A DNA stretch of 64,000 nucleotides, from contig CAXBME010000004.1 in assembly GCA_963976765.1 (NCBI GenBank), forward strand, positions 186,001-250,000. The letters run 5' to 3'. A program made the position numbers and the translations under genes. Below, piece by piece: positions 1 through 9,900 of this stretch (position 1 is the first letter of the stretch; every line of letters starts with the position of its first letter). The DNA comes from an uncultured Planctomycetaceae bacterium. Lineage in GTDB: Bacteria; Planctomycetota; Planctomycetia; Planctomycetales; Planctomycetaceae. The notes under the pieces are model-generated. The model saw only the letters and a program-made list of their open reading frames with translations, was not told where the DNA came from and ran no database searches.

Positions 1-94
1 CGCTACGCTGATTGGCAATTTGAGCGTCTCGCTATGACAGAACCGCTCAATCGCTATCTTGCCGTTGAATTCAAACACTCAACGCGAGCGAACC

Positions 95-949
95 ATGAGC
101 CTCAAATCTGTAGCGATGTTCCTACTGTTCTGCCTGAGTCTGAGCGTTTTCCTGACCGAATCACTTGCCGACGACGTTGCGAACATTCGGGTGACGTTCT
201 ACGCAATGGGGGACGTGCCTTATGCGCCGGATGAGGACGTCCTATTGTCGAAACAGATTTCCGACTTGCCAGGTGACGCTGAGTTTGCGATCCACGTCGG
301 AGATATCAAACGCGGGCTGCCGCTTTGCACCGAGTCGGTTTACAGGAAGGTCGCTAGGATCCTCAGTAAGTCGGCGGCGCCGGTATTCATCATTCCTGGC
401 GACAACGAGTGGAATGACTGTATCGATCCGGCTCAGGCGTGGGCGTACTGGGATCAGTACTTCATGAAATTCGATCGGCGCTGGAAGCATAGCCTGCCGG
501 TCGAGCGGCAGAATATTCGAGAAGAAAATTTTGCGTTTGTGAAGGGCGGCGTACTGTTTGTCGGTTTGAACATTGTCGGAGGAAGAGTTCACGATGAGCA
601 GGAATGGAAACTCCGACACGCCGGCGATCTGGACTGGGTGAAATCAAACCTGCAACGTTTCGGCGAACAGATCAGCAGCCTTGTGGTCTTCGGCCATGCA
701 AAGCCGGCGAAAGTTCACAATGACTTTTTCGATCCGTTCAACAAGGTTGCCGAGGATTTTGAAAAACCGGTTCTGTATCTGCACGGCGACGGGCACAAGT
801 GGCTCCACGACCGACCGTTCAAGGCAAAAAACATCCTGCGCGTCGAGGTCGATCAAGGGGGAATCGCTCCTCCGCTTAAGGTAACAGTAACCGGTCATTC
901 GACCACGCCCTTCGTCTTCGACCGTCGAAACGGAAAAAAAGCTTCGTAG
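95..949 (+). CDS. Secreted calcineurin-like metallophosphoesterase
   Basis: Motifs GDVPY, HVGD, PGDNEWND, FGHA, HGDGH; N-terminal signal peptide from ATG 95. Confidence 0.85.
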   Translation: MSLKSVAMFLLFCLSLSVFLTESLADDVANIRVTFYAMGDVPYAPDEDVLLSKQISDLPGDAEFAIHVGDIKRGLPLCTESVYRKVARILSKSAAPVFIIPGDNEWNDCIDPAQAWAYWDQYFMKFDRRWKHSLPVERQNIREENFAFVKGGVLFVGLNIVGGRVHDEQEWKLRHAGDLDWVKSNLQRFGEQISSLVVFGHAKPAKVHNDFFDPFNKVAEDFEKPVLYLHGDGHKWLHDRPFKAKNILRVEVDQGGIAPPLKVTVTGHSTTPFVFDRRNGKKAS

Positions 950-1229
950 CAGGTTACATCGTTGCCGTCTTCGTCACCTGCGACCGGAAAGCGTCACCAC
1001 TGAGTGATTGACTCGTCGTAGAGCTTTGCGTGTGACCCTCGCCGCTCGGAAAAATCGTCATTGTGACTTCGCCCGGCTGGGGCCACGGGGCGGCCCCGAT
1101 GGCCACACGAACACCTGCCAACACCCATCCGTTGCTGATTGATTCGCGAAAAAATCGATTCGTTGGCGAATTGATGCGTGATCTTCAATGATGCGGCCTC
1201 AACCGGATTCCATCCACAACGAGGCTACG

Positions 1230-4200
1230 ATGTCATCAGCACGACGGTTCCGATGTTTCGCGTTCGCTTGTTGCATCTTGAATTTTCTTTCGTTTCACGT
1301 TGCCGGCTTCGTCAACGCGCAGGCTCCGACCGGTTCACCATCCGCGTCTACGGACAATGGTCTGTTCGCGAGGGACAATCTCGTCGCGTGGTGCATTGTT
1401 CCGTTTGATGGGGAGAAGCGAGGGCCGGCGGAGCGGGCGGCGATGTGTGCGAAGCTGGGTCTGAAGAAGGTTGCTTACGACTGGCGGAACGAGCATGTGC
1501 CGACGTTCGAGCAGGAGATTCTCGAATACAAGAAGAACGGCATCGAATACTTCGCTTTCTGGGGCGGGCACGAAGAAGCGTACAAGCTCTTCCAGAAGCA
1601 CGACCTGCATCCGCAGATCTGGCGAACGCTGGGGTCACCAGCTGCAGCGACTCAGAGTGAACGGGTTGAAGCGGCTGCAACGCAGATGCTTCCACTGGTT
1701 GAGCAAGCCCGGAAACTCGGCTGTAAGGTCGGACTTTACAATCACGGTGGCTGGGGCGGGGAACCCGAGAACCTGGTCGCCGTCTGCGAATACCTGAGAA
1801 AGCATCACGAAGGCGAGCACGTTGGCATCGTTTATAACCAGCATCATTCGCACAGTCGTGTAGACAACTTTGCCGACGACCTGAAGGCGATGAAGCCGTT
1901 CCTGCTTTGCCTGAATCTGAACGGGATCACCCGAGACGGCGACCAGCATGGAAAGAAGATTCTGCCACTCGGCGAAGGTGAGCTGGACGTTTCACTTCTG
2001 AAGACGATTCGCGACTCGGGCTACGACGGTCCGATCGGAATTATCGGCCATACTCAGGACGATGTTGAGCAGCGACTGCAGGATAACCTCGATGGCCTCG
2101 ACTGGATCGTTCCACAGCTCGACGGCAAGCAGCCCGGTCCGAAGCCAACTCCGCGTACGTGGTCGCCAGCGTCAACCGCAGCAGCACCGAAAGCAACTCA
2201 CAAAGTGCCCGGCGTCTCACTGCCTGGAAAGGCCGAGTACCGTACACCACCGCTCACGGTCGAAGCTCGCGTCACCCTGCCCTCGCGAAGCAACTACAAC
2301 ATTATCGTTGCCAGCGACACGAAGAGTTCCGGAGCGCACTGGGAACTGTTCTCGATGAACGGCTCAGGAATGCTCACGGCCTACACACCGGGACTGAAGC
2401 CTGATCACGTCAATTCAGCGGCGATGATCTGCGACGGCAAGCCTCACAACATCGGCATGACGTACGAACCAAACCTGATCCGGCTGTTCGTTGATGGAAA
2501 GGTTGTCGCCAGCCAGAAAGTTGAGCCACTTGGACGCGACGTTGTGCCGGGAGGACTCGCGATTGGAAAGCTGGTTGAAGGCAGGATCGGCAGCAGCGGA
2601 TCGCCCGAGTGGGTGCGGATCAGCAAGGGCGTCCGTCAATCACCGTGGACGATGGCTCACGTTCCACCGAAAGACGATTCAACGTTGCTGGCCTGGACGC
2701 AGCCAGACAATGCTCACGCCGGCCATCATGCAGCATTCAACGAAGCCAGCGGCACACCACGCGGAAAGGTTCCGGAATACTCGGCCGAGCTGGTGGCGAA
2801 ACTGCTCGCCGACACTGAAGAGCACGGTAACGCGGGACGTGGGGTCATGATCTTTGCCAATGCAAAGTCAGCGTGCCTGAGTTGCCACAGGTTTGGCAGT
2901 CACGGAGGAACAGTCGGACCACCGCTCAACGAAATCGGCAAACAGCGCAAGCCTCACGAAATCATCGAGTCCGTCCTCTGGCCGCAGCGGCATGTGAAGC
3001 CCGAATTCAACGCTCACCTGATTGTGACGTCGGAAGGGAAATCCGTCCGAGGTTACATCGTGAAAGAAGACGCGCTACAGCTTCAGGTCAAAGACCCGAC
3101 TCGCGCGGAAGATCAGGTCGTCACGATTTCCAGAAACGACATTGAAGCCCGGCGCGAGATCGGCACGCTGATGCCGGACAATCTGACGGCAACCATGTCG
3201 AACGCTCAGTTGCGTGACCTGCTTAAGTTTCTGCTGGGCCTCGGAACGCCGGACGGCATTCCCCTGACAGATGTCGAGTCGATCATCCACCACACGCACG
3301 CTCACCTGCATGGCCCCGTCGCGTTTGAGTTCGACCGAAAGCCGCTGCAACCAGAAGACTGGCCCAACTGGCAGGCAAGCATCAATCGTGACCGCATCTA
3401 CGATTTTTACGCCAAAGAAGCCGACCACTTCCGAACGCTCGCCGAATCCGGAAAGCCCGTACCGTCTCTGCTGATGGAGTATCCAGGTCTGGACGGCGGC
3501 GAACTCGGACACTGGGGAAATCAGGACGAAACCACCTGGGCCAGCAACGCGTGGAACGATGTCAAGCTGGGCTCAGTTCAGGCTGGCATCTTTCGAGGTG
3601 ACGGCGTGACGGTTGCTCGCGGAGTGTGCGTGCAGCTCGGCGAGAACGACGAACTGGCCTGCTGCTTCAACCCCGACACACTTTCGTACGACGCTGTCTG
3701 GAAAGGTGGCTTTCTCAAGTTCTCGACGGTCCGGCACGGCTTTATGCACGGCGTCCTGATGGCTGGCCAGGCTCTTCCAACACCGGATCGCGGCAACGGA
3801 CCTGCCGGCAGCAAAGTCACTGAACCGTTCACTTATCACGGTTTTCATCGTGTCGGCAAACGAGTCGTCTTCTCGTACCGCATCGGCGATACCGAGTACC
3901 TCGATTCACCGTGGATTCAAGATGGCAAGTTCGTTCGTCAGGCCGGGCCTGCTTCAACACACCCGATGGCTGACCAGCTCGATCTCGGAAAACAACAATG
4001 GCCGGAGAAACTGGAAACGGAAATCGTTCACGGAAATGCGTCACCGTATTCGGTCGACACTGTTCAGCTTCCGGTGAACAACCCGTGGAATGTCCCGCTG
4101 TTTGGCGGCGGGCTCAGTTTTCTTCCCGACGGATCAGCACTTGTCTGCACGATGCACGGCGACGTGTGGAGAGTTTCCGGACTTGACTATCCCTCAAAAA

Positions 4201-5849
4201 AAGCCATCTGGAATCGCTTCGCGTCGGGGCTGCATCACTGCCAGGGAATGATCATCGATAAAAATGGCATCTTTGTACTTGGGCGAGACCAGCTCACGCG
4301 CCTGCACGATTTTAACAACGATGGAGAAGCCGACTTCTACGAATGTTTCAGCAACGCGTTCGAAACTTCCGCCGCCGGACACGACTTCATCTGTGGACTC
4401 GAACGCGACGAGGCCGGCAACTTCTACACAGCTTCGGGCAACCAGGGCATCGTGCGAATTTCGCCCGACGGAAAGAGAGCCGACGTCGTCGCAACCGGAT
4501 TCCGCAACCCCGACGGCATCGGCCTGACGTCTGACGGGATGATCACCGTGCCCTGCTCGGAGGGATCGTGGACTCCGTCGACGATGATCTGCGCGTTTCG
4601 ACCAGCATCGCCGAAAGCCACTGCGAAAAATCTGATCCCCTACTTTGGATTTGGCGGGCCACGACACGGACAGCCACCGCAACTGCCGCTGGTTTATCTT
4701 CCGCGAGGTGTCGACAACTCAGCCGGTGGTCAGCAGGAAGTGAACAGCGATCGCTGGGGGCCTCTCAAGGGACAACTGCTCCACTTTTCTTTCGGAACCG
4801 GCTCGCATTTTCTGACGCTGCGAGACAAAGTTGATGGGCAGCTTCAGGGAGCCATCGTCCCTTTGCCCGGCGAGTTTATGTCCGGCGTGCATCGAGGCCG
4901 GTTCTCGCCCCACGACGGACAGCTTTACGCGACAGGGATGCAGGGCTGGGGCAGCTACACGCCGGAAGCTGGCTGCTTTCAGCGAGTTCGCTACACCGGC
5001 GATCGCGTTCAACTTCCGGTTGGCTACAAGGTGTTTCGTAACGGAGTCCTGATCAACTTCTCATCGCCGCTCGATGCGAAAATCGCAGGCAAAGCCACCA
5101 GCCATTTCGCTCAGGCATGGAATTATCGATACGGCGGCGCGTACGGCTCGCCCGAGTTTTCCAGCGAGCATCCGCTCATGCGAGGCCACGATCACGTCGC
5201 CATTTCGTCCGCCCATGTCGTCGCGGGAGGAACTGGTCTATTTCTTGAGATGCCGGACCTGCAACCGGTCAATCAGTTACACCTGCGACTTCAATCCGGC
5301 AAAGGAGAATCGCACGACCTCTTCGCCACGGTTCACAAGCTGCGGGAAGAATCATTCACCGACGCGCCGGGGCTGATGAACCTTGCCGATAAAATGATCA
5401 ACCGGCATCCGATTCTTGCTGACCTGGCAATGGCCACTCGCAGCGTCCCGAATCCTCACGAGAAGCGACGAAAAGGCGGACGCCAGATCATGATCGAAAC
5501 CGCCAGCAATCTCTCGTTCGCCACGCGGTCGTTCACCGTGAAGCCGGGTGAGCTGATCGAATTCAAACTGTCGAACCCGGACGTCGTGCCTCACAACTGG
5601 GCACTGCTTAAACCGGGGACGCTCGAACGAGTCGGCAAGCTCGCCAACCTGCTGATCTCCGACCCGGACGCCGCCGTGCGACATTACATTCCCGAAACGG
5701 ACGACGTCCTGTTCTACACAAACGTCGTTTTGCCCAAAGACGAGTCGATCATCTACTTCAACGCCCCGAAGCAACCCGGTCGCTACCCCTACCTCTGCAC
5801 CTTCCCCGGCCACTGGCTCGTCATGAACGGCGAGATGATCGTCGAGTGA
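1230..5849 (+). CDS. Large secreted multidomain protein: xylose-isomerase-like TIM barrel, LamG-like domain, c-type heme domain, DUF6797-like/beta-propeller region, C-terminal azurin/plastocyanin domain
   Basis: GLYNHGGW and GIIGH TIM motifs; CLSCH..VGPPL heme site; ATGFRNPDG propeller repeat; PHNW...CTFPGHWLVM type-1 Cu ligands; GAGG before ATG 1230 (alternative start 1188). Confidence 0.8.
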   Translation: MSSARRFRCFAFACCILNFLSFHVAGFVNAQAPTGSPSASTDNGLFARDNLVAWCIVPFDGEKRGPAERAAMCAKLGLKKVAYDWRNEHVPTFEQEILEYKKNGIEYFAFWGGHEEAYKLFQKHDLHPQIWRTLGSPAAATQSERVEAAATQMLPLVEQARKLGCKVGLYNHGGWGGEPENLVAVCEYLRKHHEGEHVGIVYNQHHSHSRVDNFADDLKAMKPFLLCLNLNGITRDGDQHGKKILPLGEGELDVSLLKTIRDSGYDGPIGIIGHTQDDVEQRLQDNLDGLDWIVPQLDGKQPGPKPTPRTWSPASTAAAPKATHKVPGVSLPGKAEYRTPPLTVEARVTLPSRSNYNIIVASDTKSSGAHWELFSMNGSGMLTAYTPGLKPDHVNSAAMICDGKPHNIGMTYEPNLIRLFVDGKVVASQKVEPLGRDVVPGGLAIGKLVEGRIGSSGSPEWVRISKGVRQSPWTMAHVPPKDDSTLLAWTQPDNAHAGHHAAFNEASGTPRGKVPEYSAELVAKLLADTEEHGNAGRGVMIFANAKSACLSCHRFGSHGGTVGPPLNEIGKQRKPHEIIESVLWPQRHVKPEFNAHLIVTSEGKSVRGYIVKEDALQLQVKDPTRAEDQVVTISRNDIEARREIGTLMPDNLTATMSNAQLRDLLKFLLGLGTPDGIPLTDVESIIHHTHAHLHGPVAFEFDRKPLQPEDWPNWQASINRDRIYDFYAKEADHFRTLAESGKPVPSLLMEYPGLDGGELGHWGNQDETTWASNAWNDVKLGSVQAGIFRGDGVTVARGVCVQLGENDELACCFNPDTLSYDAVWKGGFLKFSTVRHGFMHGVLMAGQALPTPDRGNGPAGSKVTEPFTYHGFHRVGKRVVFSYRIGDTEYLDSPWIQDGKFVRQAGPASTHPMADQLDLGKQQWPEKLETEIVHGNASPYSVDTVQLPVNNPWNVPLFGGGLSFLPDGSALVCTMHGDVWRVSGLDYPSKKAIWNRFASGLHHCQGMIIDKNGIFVLGRDQLTRLHDFNNDGEADFYECFSNAFETSAAGHDFICGLERDEAGNFYTASGNQGIVRISPDGKRADVVATGFRNPDGIGLTSDGMITVPCSEGSWTPSTMICAFRPASPKATAKNLIPYFGFGGPRHGQPPQLPLVYLPRGVDNSAGGQQEVNSDRWGPLKGQLLHFSFGTGSHFLTLRDKVDGQLQGAIVPLPGEFMSGVHRGRFSPHDGQLYATGMQGWGSYTPEAGCFQRVRYTGDRVQLPVGYKVFRNGVLINFSSPLDAKIAGKATSHFAQAWNYRYGGAYGSPEFSSEHPLMRGHDHVAISSAHVVAGGTGLFLEMPDLQPVNQLHLRLQSGKGESHDLFATVHKLREESFTDAPGLMNLADKMINRHPILADLAMATRSVPNPHEKRRKGGRQIMIETASNLSFATRSFTVKPGELIEFKLSNPDVVPHNWALLKPGTLERVGKLANLLISDPDAAVRHYIPETDDVLFYTNVVLPKDESIIYFNAPKQPGRYPYLCTFPGHWLVMNGEMIVE

Positions 5850-5881
5850 GAGGCGGTCGACATTCAACAACGACTGAATCA

Positions 5882-5950
5882 GCAGAGTGCGTCTCGACGC
5901 ACCACCGGAATTCGTCAACTACTCAACTGGTACGTCAAGACGCACCCTAC
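5882..5950. repeat. REP doublet (REPIN-like), GTAG-type
   Basis: GCAG-AGTGCGTC-TC-GACGCACC ... GGTACGTC-AA-GACGCACC-CTAC: two inverted palindromic units with GTAG/GCAG tails. Confidence 0.75.
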
Positions 5951-5961
5951 GGAACTCTGCC

Positions 5962-6098
5962 GCCTAACGGAAGGTTTTTACGTCACCGCCGTAAACGAAG
6001 CGAATGACTCAGAGTAAGTGCAATTGTACCAATGCCATCGCCCGTTGCCAAAGAGCGAAGGTGATCGCGAAGCGACTTGCGTAAAAACCATGTTAGGC
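5962..6098 (-). mobile_element. attC-like integron cassette recombination site
   Basis: On the minus strand: R'' GCCTAAC 10 nt after the ORF stop, R' GTTAGGC 137 bp later, inner perfect IR GGTTTTTACG/CGTAAAAACC. Confidence 0.75.
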
Positions 6099-6108
6099 GA
6101 CCGGTGAA

Positions 6109-6477
6109 TCAGAGGTGTTCACGGCAGAGTGCTGCGATTTGTGTGGCGGCTTCTTCAACGGCAAAGGTGTACTCGGCAGGTGATTTGTCAAAGCCATCAC
6201 GTAGGTAGCGAACGATAACGGTCGAGTTACGATCGACGTCGATGGTGATCCGACGCCCGTCGAAAAAGTCGGGATAGCAGGAGTACGGTGTAATGAACGC
6301 GGTGAACATCGAGGATTTGATAAACAGGCCACGTACCTCGGGCATGTCTTTGAGAGCCGCGATTACGTCGCGAGTTGAAGAGAATCTCGGTTGGTCGGTA
6401 GCAAGCTTATCGAAGCGATCAAATGCAATCTCCCAAGTCGCGTCCCAAGGTTGCGGTGGTGATTTCTCGGCAGCCAT
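6109..6477 (-). CDS. Hypothetical protein (gene-cassette ORF, 122 aa)
   Basis: ORF fills the space between the GTTAGGC core site (6500-6494) and the attC; no recognisable motif. Confidence 0.7.
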   Translation of the reverse strand: MAAEKSPPQPWDATWEIAFDRFDKLATDQPRFSSTRDVIAALKDMPEVRGLFIKSSMFTAFITPYSCYPDFFDGRRITIDVDRNSTVIVRYLRDGFDKSPAEYTFAVEEAATQIAALCREHL

Positions 6478-6493
6478 GAGATTTCGGTAGGTC

Positions 6494-6557
6494 GCCTAAC
6501 AAGGTTCTTAATGACGATCTGTCGTCTATGCGGAAAAAGTTGCGCATAAAGCGACAG
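6494..6557 (-). mobile_element. Candidate attI-like site with upstream hairpin
   Basis: G/TTAGGC crossover heptamer preceded by the IR CTGTCG..TATGCG / CGCATA..CGACAG (6519-6557); no matching R'' box upstream, so not an attC. Confidence 0.45.
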
Positions 6558-6565
6558 TAGCAAGA

Positions 6566-6594
6566 AGAATGCCAATGAATCGTGATCTCGTCAA
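6566..6594 (-). promoter_or_regulatory. Sigma70-like promoter pointing into the cassette (Pc-like)
   Basis: TTGACG - 17 bp - CATTCT, with extended -10 TG. Confidence 0.55.
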
Positions 6595-6993
6595 TAAGCA
6601 GGGAGTCTAACTGAGTGGGAAAGGGGCGAATTGTGTATCGCAACTGGCGAATTTCAGTTCGAGTCTACCGACTCGAAGCTCGTAGCTCATTGAGTTGTTC
6701 GAAGTAGCCGGCCAGGCGTTTGGGGTGGTGGGTCCGGGAGTCAGGTCGAGGGATATGCGGAGGTCTCGGTCGGCGTGGAGGAGCAGGCTCTTGCTGCGTT
6801 CTCCGGGGACGACGGCGGCTTCGAGTTGCGGGAGCGTTTCGTCAAACTGGGCTTTCAACCTGTTTGAGACCTGAAGGTTACTTTCGTAACGTTCACGAGA
6901 TTATCGGTCGTCGTTTTCAACGCACATCAACGAAGAGCAAGTCCGCTGCCTCAAACTGCTGGCGGATTCACATGCCTTATGGAGAACTCCTGG

Positions 6994-9900
6994 ATGAAGA
7001 GTCGCATTCGTCTGATCGGGATGCTGATTGCCGCAGCTGTGCTACTTAACACGGCAACGTTCTCTCGGCATGCTGTTGCTGAAACTTCAAAGGCTGACCG
7101 CCGCGACAAGCCCAACATCATCGTCGTCTACTGCGACAACCTTGGGTACGGCGACATCGAACCGTTTGGATCAACGCTGCATCGCACACCAAACCTGAAT
7201 CGCATGGCGAAGGAAGGTCGCAAGTTCACACACTTCTGCGTCACTGCCGGAGTCTGCACGCCGTCACGCGCCAGCATCATGACCGGCTGCTACGCTCAGC
7301 GAGTCGGCATGCACCTGAACCCTCGCGACGGCTGGGTGCTGCGACCGGTTTCGCCGTACGGGCTGCACCCGGACGAAGTCACCGTCGCCGAGGTCCTGAA
7401 AGAACAGAGCTACGCGACCGCGATCGTCGGTAAGTGGCACCTCGGAGATCAGCCGGAATTCCTGCCGACCAGGCAAGGCTTCGACTGGTTTTTCGGAGTC
7501 CCCTACTCCGACGACATGACCGAACGAGTGTGGGAGCAGGACGGCTCGAAGTGGCCGCCGCTGCCGCTGATGGAAAATGAAACGGTCATCGAAGCCCCGT
7601 GCGACCGCAACGGCCTCACCAAACGATACACCGAGCGAGCCATGCAGTGGATCGCCGAGCACAAAGACGAACCATTCTTCCTCTACTTCCCTCAGGCCAT
7701 GCCCGGCAGCACCTCGACACCGTTTTCCAGCGAGGCCTTCAAAGGCAAAAGTAAAAACGGTCCCTGGGGAGACGCCATCGAAGAACTCGACTGGTCGATG
7801 GGCGTGATGCTTGACCAGCTTAAGGAACTGGGTATTGCTGAAAACACACTCGTCATCTGGACGTCGGACAATGGAGCACCGATCAATCGCAACCTGTCTG
7901 ATCTCAGCCGAGGTTCCAATCATCCACTCCACGGTCGCGGCTACACCACCAGCGAAGGCGCTTTCCGAGTCCCCACCATCGTGTGGCAGCCGGGCAAAGT
8001 ACCTGCCGGTACGACGTGTGACGAGCTGAGTTCGACAATGGACCTGTTGCCGACGTTCGCAAAACTCGCAGGCGGAAGCGCTCCGGCAAATCGAAAGATC
8101 GACGGCCACGACATCGCTCCCCTGCTCTACGGGGAGCCCGACGCGAAAACTCCGCACGACGCTTACTACTACTATCACCAGGATCAGTTGCAGGCAGTCC
8201 GCTCCGGTCCGTGGAAGATGTTTGTGCCGATCGACTCGCCGATGGGCCATCCTCACTTCAAGAACGGACAGAAGGCCGAGCCGCTGCTGTTCAACGTGGT
8301 CGACGACATTTCCTGTGAAAAGAACGTCGCCGCCGCACACCCTGAAATTATCGCGAAGTTAAGTAAGGTCGCGGATCAGGCTCGCGCGGATCTTGGTGAC
8401 AAAGGAAAACCCGGCCCCGGACAACGCAAGCCCGGCAGGATTGCCGGCGAGCCTCAACAACAGCTTCTGCAGAAGAACGCGCTGGACGTCATCGAAGGAG
8501 TCCGCGGCGGGCGTCACTGGGTTGACGAAAAAACCGCCCCGCCGAAGTCTCCTGCTGATTCCCTCGCCGCTCTCCAGATTGAACCCGGCCTGGAAATTCA
8601 GCTCGTCGCATCCGAGCCACTCGTCAGAGATCCGGTGGCCATCGCTTTCGATCAGCGTGGCCGAATGTTTGTTGTCGAGTACGGCGACTACCCCATCGGC
8701 CCGGAAGACGGCGGCGATCCACTTTCGAAAGTCGTCTATCTGGAAGACACCAACGGCGACGGCAAAGCGGACAAGCGGCACGTCTTTGCCGACAAACTGA
8801 CCTTCGCTCACAGCCTGATGCCATTTCGCGAAGGACTGATCGTCGGTGCGCAAACTCAGATTCTTTACCTGAAAGACACCGACGGAGACAACGTCGCTGA
8901 TGTTCGAGAAGTTCTTTTTGACGGCTTCACACCGGCTCATCCGCAAATGCAGATCGGCAATCCGCGCTGGGGAATGGACAACTGGGTTTACCTCAACTAC
9001 GGCCCCGGCAAGATCACTTCGACAAACGAACCCAACCGAGAGCCGGTTACCATGCCTCGCAAGGACTTCCGCTTTCACCCACTGACGATGAAGTTTGAAG
9101 CCGACAGCGGCATGGGGCAGTTCGGCAACACGGTCGACCGCTGGGGCAACCGTTTCTACTGCACAAACCGAAATCCGATCATGACGACGCTGCTGCCGCC
9201 GGCGATCCTCAACCGCAACCCGTACGCCATCACCGCCGACGCGTCTTACGACGTTGGAACATCCGGCGGCGACACGCGCGTCTACCCGCTCGTCGAGATG
9301 AAAAGCAACTACCTCTCTCACGCCGGCACGCACACGTCCGCCTGCGGGGTGACGGCTTACACTGGCGATCTGCTCAGCGGCACGTTTCAGGACAGCGTCT
9401 TCGTCTGCGAGCCGATCGGGCACCTGGTCACTCGATCGATCATCAAACCCGACGGCCTGCGTCTTACCGCTGAACGAGCACAACCGAAGGCCGACTTCAT
9501 CGCTTCCACCGACACCTGGTTCCGCCCGGCGAGTCTCGCCAACGGCCCTGACGGAGCACTTTACCTGGCCGACATGTACCGGCTGTGGGTCGAGCATCCT
9601 AAGTTCCTGCCCCCGGAGATCGCGGCGAAGCTCGACTGGCGAGCGGGCGAAGACCGAGGCCGCATTTACCGAATCGTTCCCAAAGGTGCAAAGTCGAAAC
9701 CGTTCACTCCGCCAGAAACTCCCGAGGACATGGTCAAGCTCCTTGAGTCGCCAAACGGCTGGCAGCAGTACCTGGGGCAACGCCTGCTGACCGAAGAACT
9801 GTTAACTCAGACATCGGATTCAACTCCGACGCAAACAGCTGCCACACTCCGCCAACTGGCTCGGCAACACCCGAACGCAGCCACTCGTCTCCACGCTCTG

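Noticed and set aside
1080..1105. GC hairpin GGCCA-CGGGG..CCCCG-A-TGGCC as a terminator
   Set aside because: No U-tract and only one copy seen; function cannot be supported
6600..6980. Possible integron integrase next to the attI-like site; ORFs 6607-6858 (-) and 6720-7049 (+)
   Set aside because: No tyrosine-recombinase or IntI motifs in the listed ORFs, too short, no clear RBS
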